Source of the DNA: an uncultured bacterium | GTDB lineage: Bacteria > Auribacterota > JACPWU01 | DNA: 32,000 nt | Assembly (NCBI GenBank): GCA_964640155.1 | Contig: CAZXEQ010000003.1 | Location: 194,189 to 226,188, forward strand | Direction: 5' to 3' | In this document: piece by piece, positions 17,137 to 24,933 of the stretch | Layout: each line of letters begins with the position of its first letter | Position numbering within the stretch: position 1 is the stretch's first letter | Program-made: the position numbers and the translations under genes | The notes under the pieces: generated by a model | What the model was told of the DNA's origin: nothing | Database searches by the model: none | The model's input: the letters and a program-made list of their open reading frames with translations, nothing else

Positions 17137-18438
17137 ATGAGCTTTTTTGATCATCCTATAAATCGCTTTATGCAGGGCATGCCCTCATCTTGCGAGTGGA
17201 CGATTGCAGATGAAAGCTTAATCGAGGCAATATGTCATGGGACCACTATTCAAAGAGGTCCTCGAACAACGATTTTAAGAAAATTCTTAACCTTGGGATG
17301 CAGACTGAATCTTTCTCTGTTTTTTATATCCTTATCCGGTGTTCTTTTAACGATAAGACTTATCATGAAAGAACTTCTGTTAGCCTTTAGATCAAAAAAA
17401 ATAAGGGTAGGAGATAAGGAAAAATTAAATATTTTTATTGGTTTTGGTGCTCGTAATGAAGAGTTTCTATTTCATAAATATTGTATAGAGAAGAAATCTC
17501 GTGTGGTTTATGCAGATTTAAACCGGTTGGGAGCTACAGGAATTAGATTTTTTAGAATAGGATTAGTCTTAAAATTTTTAAGAAATGCTATTGGTGATAT
17601 ATCAAAAGTTGTTTCAGCTCTTCCATGTGACTATAAAATTAAAAAAATTGAATTTATTGTCTCTGCAGTTATCAGGTTAGCAAATTATGCTTATGCAAGA
17701 GCTTGGTGGAGAAATCTAGTTATAAAAAATTGGATTGATGAAGCTTGTTTTATTTCAACAGATCCGATTGCATATGCTTCTGTCTATGAAGGGGTTTGGT
17801 CCATATATATGCAACACGGCCTGCTTTCTAAATATTTGCCTTTTCCAGATTTTAATGAAATTAAGACTCTTACTTATTTTGAGTGTGACTATCTTCAAAG
17901 AAAATATCCTAAAGCTTTAATTCGCTTCCCTCAGAACATACAGACCATCTCTTTGAAAAAAAGAAAACCTCGGGTACTTATCGCTTCTGAAATAAGATCT
18001 CCCGAAGATTTGGGTTTAATTGTTCCTTTACTGGCAGATATATCAAAGCTGGGTTTAACCATTCACATTCGACCGATTAAAGAAGAAGTGTTGCTAAAGT
18101 TTTTAGATTCATTACAACTCAATATCAATATTTGTGTTGAAACATCAACAGGTTCATTTGATAAAATATTAGAGCAACTGCAGCCCTGCTTTGTCGCAGG
18201 ATGGGTATCAACGGCCCTTATTGATGCTCTCAATCATGGAATAATTCCTATTAGTGTAGTTAAAGAAAATGATCGTTATGCACATAGAATGTTGTATCCA
18301 GTATACCGCTTTTGTTTGATGTGGCCTAACGATCAATCCTCTATTAAAGAAGCATTTACATGTACAGAAACCTACTCCCAAATTTTTCACAGGCTGATAT
18401 ATAAAGGGGAAAGAACTAATTCCTTTTCATGCGCGTAA
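17137..18438 (+). CDS. Hypothetical protein (orphan; possible membrane-anchored transferase)
   Basis: 433-aa uninterrupted ORF, tightly packed between neighbours, with coding-like composition. One hydrophobic segment (LNLSLFFISLSGVLLTIRLIM). The C-terminal half alternates beta/alpha-like segments (RVLIASEIRSPEDLGLIVPLL, CFVAGWVSTALIDALNHGIIPISV). I recognise no family motif. Confidence 0.5.
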   Translation: MSFFDHPINRFMQGMPSSCEWTIADESLIEAICHGTTIQRGPRTTILRKFLTLGCRLNLSLFFISLSGVLLTIRLIMKELLLAFRSKKIRVGDKEKLNIFIGFGARNEEFLFHKYCIEKKSRVVYADLNRLGATGIRFFRIGLVLKFLRNAIGDISKVVSALPCDYKIKKIEFIVSAVIRLANYAYARAWWRNLVIKNWIDEACFISTDPIAYASVYEGVWSIYMQHGLLSKYLPFPDFNEIKTLTYFECDYLQRKYPKALIRFPQNIQTISLKKRKPRVLIASEIRSPEDLGLIVPLLADISKLGLTIHIRPIKEEVLLKFLDSLQLNINICVETSTGSFDKILEQLQPCFVAGWVSTALIDALNHGIIPISVVKENDRYAHRMLYPVYRFCLMWPNDQSSIKEAFTCTETYSQIFHRLIYKGERTNSFSCA

Positions 18439-18442
18439 TATT

Positions 18443-19666
18443 ATGACTCTTATTCATAAATCTTCTAGAGAAATAGCTAACACATATTCCTTTAATGATG
18501 CTGATCAATGGTTATTGACTAATGCTTTTAATATAGATGAAGTACTTGCAATTGTTTTTTTAGGACGAAGCGGAAGTGTTTTTCTGGGAAGTTTGCTAGA
18601 TAATCATCCTCAGATCATTATGTTGCCTGGAACTCAGTTATCATTTTATTATGATTTTTGGGAAAGTTATGGACATTCGCTTCAAAAAGACCATTTAATT
18701 AAAACTTTTTGCGCCTATTTTTCCGCTTTTTTTGATGTTTTTGCATTTAGTGCCTTGTCATTGAGAACACAGCCAGCCCTTGTTCTTGGCTTTTCTGAAA
18801 TGGGGAGTGAACGTAATGAAAAGATTGAAGTAAATAAAGAGAAGTTTATACAGGTGCTACATTTTATTTTAGATAAAGTTTCCTCTGTTGATCGAAAAAG
18901 TTTTTTTCGAGCTATTCATATTGCATACACCATTGCTAGCAACAGGAGTTCTCAGCTTCATCAATCTAAGTTGCCTATGATCGTTTATCAATTGCATATG
19001 AATTGGCCTCCTTTAGTTAAGCATTTGATATCTGATTTCCCAAAAACAAAAATTATTCATATGATAAGAGAACCTTTTCAAACGATAGGATCACATTTCA
19101 AGCATTCAGGATACAACTGTCATGTTATGAATCACTTTTATAATGATGCATTTTTATACGGAGGTAAAGATCGCTCAAGGGCAATAAAACTTGAAGATTT
19201 ACATACAGAGCCAAAACAAACTTTAGAAAAAATAATTAAATGGATAGGTATTGGTTGGTCTGATTCACTTCTAGAGTCAACTTTTAATGGAAAAAAATGG
19301 TGGAACTTAAAAGATGTAGAGCAAGTCCATGGATTTAATAAAGTGATTATCTCAAAAAATCATAGCAGTTTTTATTATAAATTTGATGAGTATCGATTAA
19401 ATGTTTTGTATTTTAAACGATTTAAATTATGGGGATACCCATGCAGAGATGTTTCGAAGCTCGAGAGGTTTTTAATATTACCCTTATTACTCATGCCTTT
19501 TAAAATGGAACTTATATACTATCGAAATGATATTTCATCAAGAAAATTAGTTCGTCTGAAGAATATTATATTCGATTGGGTCGATCCACGAAGAAGGCGT
19601 AGCTATTTAGTCAAAGCGTGGAGATATTCGTTGTCACACGAACTACGTGAAGTGCCACTTTTGTAA
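18443..19666 (+). CDS. Sulfotransferase-fold protein (3'-phospho-nucleotide-donor-dependent transferase)
   Basis: 407 aa. 5'-PSB-like loop GRSGSVFLGSLLDNHP, 3'-PB-like block IIHMIREPFQTIGSHF, and a C-terminal KLEDLHTEPKQTLEKIIKWIGI block, as in bacterial Sulfotransfer_3-type proteins. Confidence 0.7.
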   Translation: MTLIHKSSREIANTYSFNDADQWLLTNAFNIDEVLAIVFLGRSGSVFLGSLLDNHPQIIMLPGTQLSFYYDFWESYGHSLQKDHLIKTFCAYFSAFFDVFAFSALSLRTQPALVLGFSEMGSERNEKIEVNKEKFIQVLHFILDKVSSVDRKSFFRAIHIAYTIASNRSSQLHQSKLPMIVYQLHMNWPPLVKHLISDFPKTKIIHMIREPFQTIGSHFKHSGYNCHVMNHFYNDAFLYGGKDRSRAIKLEDLHTEPKQTLEKIIKWIGIGWSDSLLESTFNGKKWWNLKDVEQVHGFNKVIISKNHSSFYYKFDEYRLNVLYFKRFKLWGYPCRDVSKLERFLILPLLLMPFKMELIYYRNDISSRKLVRLKNIIFDWVDPRRRRSYLVKAWRYSLSHELREVPLL

Positions 19667-19784
19667 AGATCGTTTAGGGTTTCATGGACGAAGAAAGAGT
19701 GTAGGGCGGACTGATTTAGTTTGTCCTTAAAAATGTGATACATCTCAAAGGTCTTAAAAGTAAACCAGCAGTTGAGGGCAGTCG

Positions 19785-20312
19785 ATGACAAATTTCATTC
19801 CTACTTTGTTCTGGCTAACGGGTCTTTCGGGTGCAGGAAAAACCACGTTAGCATCGTTATTAACAAATAAATTGAGAGATCGTGGTTGCCCGGTTGTTTT
19901 TTTAGATGGCGACAATTTGAGGGAAGTTTACAAAAATCATTTTGGATATGATCGGGAAGGACGATTAGCAGCCAGTTTACAATATGCACGTTTATGTAAA
20001 ATATTGACGGAACAAAAAATTCATGTGGTTTGTGCAACCATCTCTCTGTTTCATCAAACACGGGATTGGAATCGGAAAAATATTAAAGATTATATTGAAG
20101 TTTTTGTTGATGTTCCTTTAGCGGAACTCATAAAACGTGATAGCAAGCAAATTTATTCCAGAGCAAAGGCAGGAGAATTAAAAAATATTGTTGGTATGGA
20201 TATAGAGCCAGAAATGCCAAAGCAAGCAGATATTATTATTCAGAATCATAGTAATGCTACTATTGAAGACAATGTGAATTCAATTTTAGAAATTTATGAT
20301 GCAAGATTTTAG
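19785..20312 (+). CDS. Adenylylsulfate-kinase-family small kinase (CysC-like; better fit to Cj1415-type cytidine diphosphoramidate 3'-kinase)
   Basis: 175 aa. P-loop GLSGAGKTTLA and an LDGDNLR block typical of APS kinases. The region after LDGDN is diverged from canonical CysC and the protein is shorter than typical CysC. The gene context is decisive (see findings). Confidence 0.75.
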   Translation: MTNFIPTLFWLTGLSGAGKTTLASLLTNKLRDRGCPVVFLDGDNLREVYKNHFGYDREGRLAASLQYARLCKILTEQKIHVVCATISLFHQTRDWNRKNIKDYIEVFVDVPLAELIKRDSKQIYSRAKAGELKNIVGMDIEPEMPKQADIIIQNHSNATIEDNVNSILEIYDARF

Positions 20313-20328
20313 TCAAAGGAGAAAATAG

Positions 20329-21093
20329 ATGCAAACAGTATGGGACTATACCAAACTGGCAAATGCTTATATTAAAAGGCCTGATTATTCTGATACAGCC
20401 ATCGACCAAATGTGTCATTTGATGGGGGTTAATGTAGATAGCAAAATTTGTGATATTGGGGCGGGTGCAGGTCATTTAACCATAGCACTTGGGAAACGAG
20501 CTCTAAGCGTTAAGGCTGTAGAACCCAATGATGCGATGCGAGAAAATGGAATTGAGAGAACTAAAAAATTCAAAAATATTAGCTGGTATAAAGGAACTGC
20601 GGAGCAAACCCATCAAGATGAAAATCAATTTGATGCAGTAACATTTGGCTCTTCATTTAACGTATGTGATCAAAAAATCGCTTTGAAAGAATCCTTTCGT
20701 ATTGGTAAATCAGGTGCTTGGTTTGCATGTATGTGGAATCATCGTGATTTAAACGACTTCATTCAAAAAAATATTGAGGATATTATCAAATCTAATTTAC
20801 CAAATTATGATTATGGATTGCGTCGCCAGGACCAAGAACCTATTTTAAAAGCTTCTGGATTGTTTGAGGTTGTTAAATTTATAGAGGGCCCTGTGTTACA
20901 TCAACAATCTATTGATGAATGTGTTGAAGCTTGGCGCTCTCATGGGACATTGCACAGACAAACTAACGAAAATGATAAATTATTTAATAGCATTATCAGC
21001 GAGATTGAGACGTTTTTACGGTCTTTAAGAGTGAAAGATATTACTATTCCCTATGTCACTCGAATATGGGTGGCTAAATTTCTTAAGAAATGA
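20329..21093 (+). CDS. Class I SAM-dependent methyltransferase
   Basis: 254 aa. AAGGAG SD upstream. SAM motif I CDIGAGAGHLT, followed by an acidic post-I residue (VEPND). Confidence 0.8.
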   Translation: MQTVWDYTKLANAYIKRPDYSDTAIDQMCHLMGVNVDSKICDIGAGAGHLTIALGKRALSVKAVEPNDAMRENGIERTKKFKNISWYKGTAEQTHQDENQFDAVTFGSSFNVCDQKIALKESFRIGKSGAWFACMWNHRDLNDFIQKNIEDIIKSNLPNYDYGLRRQDQEPILKASGLFEVVKFIEGPVLHQQSIDECVEAWRSHGTLHRQTNENDKLFNSIISEIETFLRSLRVKDITIPYVTRIWVAKFLKK

Positions 21094-21102
21094 AGGGCTG
21101 CT

Positions 21103-23463
21103 ATGCTAACGGAAGTTAAAGAAGTCTATAAAAAAAAGATAAGTTTTTCTACCAAAGCTGAAACTCTTTTTAATTTGTCCGATAAGCTATCGACTGCAAA
21201 AGTATTACCATTGTATTTTTTTACGGTATTTGCTTGGAAAACAGATAGAAAAACAGTTTTATCAGAACTACAACAGGTTGATTGGTTTTATCAGAAATTA
21301 ATTGTTCGTAGCAGTGCTATTGGTGAAGATAGTGAAAAAAGTTCATTGGCAGGACAATACACTTCTATGATTAATGTAGAAGGTGGCGAAGGTTTTATTT
21401 CTGCTGTAGAAAATGTTATTTCTTCTTTTGATTCAGACAATTTAAATCATCAAGTGTTGGTTCAACCGTATTTATCTGACGTCACAACATCAGGCGTTGT
21501 ATTTGGCCGAGATCCTAACACAGGTGGCCCTTATGTCGTTGTTAATTATAATGATACAAGCGCAGATACTACTTCTATTACTTCAGGTGTTTCTAATCAT
21601 AAATGTTATATTCAGCATCATAAATCTCCTCTTCACGTAGATGAAAATGCTCCTATGAGTAAGATAATTAATCTTATCTTTGAGCTTGAAGATTTATTTA
21701 ATACCGTTTATTTAGATGTTGAATTTGCAATAAATAAACGACATGAATTATATTTATTTCAAGTTAGACCGCTCATCAGTCAAACAAAATGTTCAGTTGT
21801 AACACAGGAACATCAAAGAGCGATTGAACGTGTTGCAAATCGCATTTTTCTGGGTATGAAACCCCACCCCTATTTATATGGAAAACAAACAGTATATGGG
21901 GTAATGCCTGATTGGAATCCTGCTGAAATTATTGGTATCAGACCTAAACCCTTAGCTTTAAGTCTTTATCGAGAGCTTGTGACGGATGCTGTCTGGGCGT
22001 ATCAACGAGACAATTATGGCTATGCAAATTTGCGTAGTTTTCCTTTGCTCGTTGATTTTGAAGGGCTACCCTATATTGATGTGCGAGTTAGTTTTAATTC
22101 TTTTTTACCAAAGGAATTACCCCCTGATCTTGCAGAGAGGCTGGTTAATTACTATCTGGATCGACTCATTGACTGTCCTGGGTTACATGACAAAGTCGAA
22201 TTTGATATTGTTTTTTCTTGTTATACCCTTGATCTTCAGAAACGATTAGGTGCTTTAAATAATTATGGTTTTGATGATAATGATTGCTTGGCAATTTACC
22301 AATCATTAATTAAATTAACCAATCAAATCATTCATAATCAGCAAGGTCTTTGGAGAAAAGATTTAGAAAAAATTGAAGAATTACGCCATCGTCAACAACA
22401 GCTGTTTCAATCTGATCTTGATTCCATTTCAAAAATGTATTGGATTTTAGAAGATTGCAAACGTTATGGCACATTACCTTTTGCTGGTCTTGCTCGCGCT
22501 GGTTTTATTGCCATTCAAATTTTAAAATCATTTATTACCGTAGGGATCATTAACGAAGAGGAATATGCTAGATTTTTATCTTCTGTTAATTCAGTTAGTT
22601 CCACAATGAATGATGATTTTCGAAAAATGTCCAAAAGTAATTTTTTAGAAAAGTATGGGCATTTGAGGCCGGGAACATATGATGTTTTATCTTTACGATA
22701 TGATGAAGCAGCAGAACTTTATTTTGATTGGCAAAATAAAACTGTACCAGAGCACGAAAGACATTCTTCTTTTTCATTAACCGTGCAGCAGTTGTCTAAG
22801 ATTCAAGAACAAATTGATAGAGATGGATTACAAATTACCGCTCTTGAATTGCTTGAATTTATTAAGTTTGCCATTGAATCACGTGAGTATTCGAAATTTA
22901 TTTTTAGTCGAAGCGTGAGTGAATTTTTGAAAATATGTACCGGATTCTCTTCTCAATTTAATATCACACGCGATGACTGTGCTTACATTAACTTGAACAC
23001 GATTACCTCATTGTATAGTTCTAGTATTGATCCGCAAGAAGCATTAAGTAAAAGCATTGAGATTGGTAAAAAGCATTATCAGATGACCTCGGCTATGACT
23101 TCCCCCCCCTTAATAACACATCCATCACAAGCTTGGGCTTTTGAGGTTCCAGAGACTTTCCCTAATTTTATTACTCAAAAAAGTGCTATGGGAGAAGTTG
23201 TATTCCCTGATATTCAGAAACAATTAATAGCAAATGCAATATTAATGATTCCAAGTGCTGATCCTGGATATGATTGGATTTTTTCCCATAAAATTGCTGG
23301 ATTTATCACCAAATACGGTGGTGTTAATTCTCATATGGCCATTCGTGCGGGTGAATTAGGTATTCCTGCAATCATTGGCGTTGGTGAAATCAAATTCAAT
23401 CAATGGAGTCAGGCAAAGAAATTGCGTATTGATTGTTTAAATGCTCAAGTACAATTACTATGA
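21103..23463 (+). CDS. ATP-grasp (PPDK_N-type) / C-terminal phosphohistidine swivel-domain kinase, Cj1418-like (candidate L-glutamine kinase)
   Basis: 786 aa. N-terminal nucleotide-binding block VRSSAIGEDSEKSSLAGQYTS. PEP-utilisers mobile-domain block GGVNSHMAIRAGELGIPAIIGVG at the extreme C-terminus, with candidate phospho-His at residue 744 (CAT 23332-23334). Nothing follows the swivel domain, so there is no PEP/pyruvate TIM-barrel and this is not PpsA/PPDK. Confidence 0.75.
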   Translation: MLTEVKEVYKKKISFSTKAETLFNLSDKLSTAKVLPLYFFTVFAWKTDRKTVLSELQQVDWFYQKLIVRSSAIGEDSEKSSLAGQYTSMINVEGGEGFISAVENVISSFDSDNLNHQVLVQPYLSDVTTSGVVFGRDPNTGGPYVVVNYNDTSADTTSITSGVSNHKCYIQHHKSPLHVDENAPMSKIINLIFELEDLFNTVYLDVEFAINKRHELYLFQVRPLISQTKCSVVTQEHQRAIERVANRIFLGMKPHPYLYGKQTVYGVMPDWNPAEIIGIRPKPLALSLYRELVTDAVWAYQRDNYGYANLRSFPLLVDFEGLPYIDVRVSFNSFLPKELPPDLAERLVNYYLDRLIDCPGLHDKVEFDIVFSCYTLDLQKRLGALNNYGFDDNDCLAIYQSLIKLTNQIIHNQQGLWRKDLEKIEELRHRQQQLFQSDLDSISKMYWILEDCKRYGTLPFAGLARAGFIAIQILKSFITVGIINEEEYARFLSSVNSVSSTMNDDFRKMSKSNFLEKYGHLRPGTYDVLSLRYDEAAELYFDWQNKTVPEHERHSSFSLTVQQLSKIQEQIDRDGLQITALELLEFIKFAIESREYSKFIFSRSVSEFLKICTGFSSQFNITRDDCAYINLNTITSLYSSSIDPQEALSKSIEIGKKHYQMTSAMTSPPLITHPSQAWAFEVPETFPNFITQKSAMGEVVFPDIQKQLIANAILMIPSADPGYDWIFSHKIAGFITKYGGVNSHMAIRAGELGIPAIIGVGEIKFNQWSQAKKLRIDCLNAQVQLL
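23102..23109 (+). repeat. Homopolymeric C8 tract inside the Cj1418-like kinase CDS
   Basis: Read directly: act tcc ccc ccc tta (T-S-P-P-L). Confidence 0.95.
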
Positions 23464-24065
23464 ATCTGATTGCTATATCTCAGCGTACTCAATATATTTC
23501 TGAATATGAAGAGACAAGAGATTGTCTCGATCAACGCTGGCATGAATTCTTAACTTCTTGCCAGATAACCCCTTTACTGATTCCCAATCATCCAAAAATT
23601 GTGTGTGAGATCATTGAGGAAAATATACTTCAAGGTGTTTTATTGAGCGGTGGAAACGAGTCACCATTGCGGACAGAAACTGAAAATTTACTGTTAGAGT
23701 ATGCCATTCAAAAAAGATTACCTGTATTAGGCATTTGTCATGGAATGCAAATGATCCAGCAATATTTTGGTGTAAAGCTTCGAAAGATTACTGGTCATGT
23801 AATAGAGGATCAAGAAATATTAATTCATGGCATGCCGGATAGAGTGAATAGTTTCCATAATTATGGAACAACACAAACGTCGTGCGAACTTACTGTATGG
23901 GCAAAAGCAAGAGATGGCGTAATAAAAGCTATTAAACATAGTCATTTGCCCATTATGGGAATGATGTGGCATCCAGAAAGATGTCATCCCTTTAAAATAC
24001 GCGATATTCAATTTATTAAAAATTTTTTTTCCGGAGAACGATTGCAGTGCGGGCAATTATATTAG
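23460..24065 (+). CDS. Class I glutamine amidotransferase / peptidase C26-like gamma-glutamyl hydrolase (Cj1417-like)
   Basis: About 201 aa. Nucleophile elbow GICHGMQ and the WHPE His/Glu block. ATG 23460 forms an ATGA overlap with the upstream stop. The tracked start 23433 lies inside the previous gene. Confidence 0.8.
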   Translation: MNLIAISQRTQYISEYEETRDCLDQRWHEFLTSCQITPLLIPNHPKIVCEIIEENILQGVLLSGGNESPLRTETENLLLEYAIQKRLPVLGICHGMQMIQQYFGVKLRKITGHVIEDQEILIHGMPDRVNSFHNYGTTQTSCELTVWAKARDGVIKAIKHSHLPIMGMMWHPERCHPFKIRDIQFIKNFFSGERLQCGQLY

Positions 24066-24784
24066 CGGCAGGTCGTGGAAAGCGTATAGGCGATTTAACT
24101 GAAAGACAGCCCAAGGGAATGCTGAATTTGCATGGTAAACCATTTGTCGAATGGCAGATGCATGCTTTGCGTCAAACAGGCATTACTGAAATGGCAATTG
24201 TTAAAGGATATAGAGGTGATATTTTTTCTTATCCTGTTGCTTATTTCAATAATCCACGGTGGGAAAAGACCAATATGTTATCCACTTTGCTATGTGCGCA
24301 AGAGTGGTTAAGCCAGGATACCTGTATTGTTAGCTATTCAGATATTATTTATACGCAAGAAGCAGTTCAAAAGCTTGCAAGTTCACAAGGAGATATTGCA
24401 ATTACTTTTGATGCAAATTGGCTAAAATTATGGGAGCAACGTTTTGATGATCCTTTAAGTGATGCTGAAATTTTCAAATACGAAAAAGATACTCTTATTG
24501 AGGTTGGAGGCAAGGCAGAAGGATTGCATGAAATTCAGGGGCAGTATATGGGGCTCTTAAAGTTTACGGTGAGAGGATGGAAAAAGACTAAAGAATTTTT
24601 AAGTCAGTTATCCGACGATATCATTGATAAAATGGATATGACGACTTTATTAAAATTAATGTTGAAAAATAATTTTGAAATTTTTGTTACAGCAATTAGT
24701 ACACCATGGTGTGAAGTGGATAACATGAATGACTATGAGCTTTGTCAAAAAATTATGAATAAAAATGTGCTTTTACGATCTTGA
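24047..24784 (+). CDS. LicC/MobA-like nucleotidyltransferase (Cj1416-like candidate CTP:phosphoglutamine cytidylyltransferase)
   Basis: 245 aa. N-terminal (V/M)RAIILAAGRGKRIG signature, and a C-terminal WCEVDNMNDYE block like LicC-type cytidylyltransferases. GTG start overlaps the upstream gene by 19 nt. Confidence 0.75.
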   Translation: MRAIILAAGRGKRIGDLTERQPKGMLNLHGKPFVEWQMHALRQTGITEMAIVKGYRGDIFSYPVAYFNNPRWEKTNMLSTLLCAQEWLSQDTCIVSYSDIIYTQEAVQKLASSQGDIAITFDANWLKLWEQRFDDPLSDAEIFKYEKDTLIEVGGKAEGLHEIQGQYMGLLKFTVRGWKKTKEFLSQLSDDIIDKMDMTTLLKLMLKNNFEIFVTAISTPWCEVDNMNDYELCQKIMNKNVLLRS

Positions 24785-24933
24785 GTCAGTTTTGTGCCCA
24801 TCGGTAAATAAGCCCTGTATTGAATCTTGATATATCCCATAAGAAATTGTGTATTGCTTTTGCCTAGTGATAAGCATTTAATTAGTCGCTGTTCTCTTAA
24901 ATGATATTTTCTTAAATTATTTTAGAAGAACTT

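Noticed and set aside
19667-19784. Possible rho-independent terminator after the sulfotransferase-fold gene (GGAC-N11-GTCC around 19707-19725).
   Set aside because: The stem is only 4 bp with an 11-nt loop, and it is followed by an A-rich rather than a T-rich tract. This is too weak to call.
19785-20312. Reading the small kinase as assimilatory CysC (sulfate assimilation).
   Set aside because: No cysD/cysN/sat, cysH or sulfite reductase genes are nearby. The protein is short and diverged after the LDGDN block, and it sits in a glycan locus next to Cj1416-1418-like genes. A dedicated PAPS supply for the sulfotransferase-fold protein is not excluded and is kept as the alternative hypothesis.
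21103-23463. Reading the 786-aa protein as PEP synthase or pyruvate phosphate dikinase.
   Set aside because: The phosphohistidine swivel domain is the last domain; the protein ends about 40 residues after the His. The C-terminal PEP/pyruvate-binding TIM barrel that defines PpsA/PPDK is therefore absent. The flanking amidotransferase, cytidylyltransferase and CysC-like genes fit the Cj1418 role instead.
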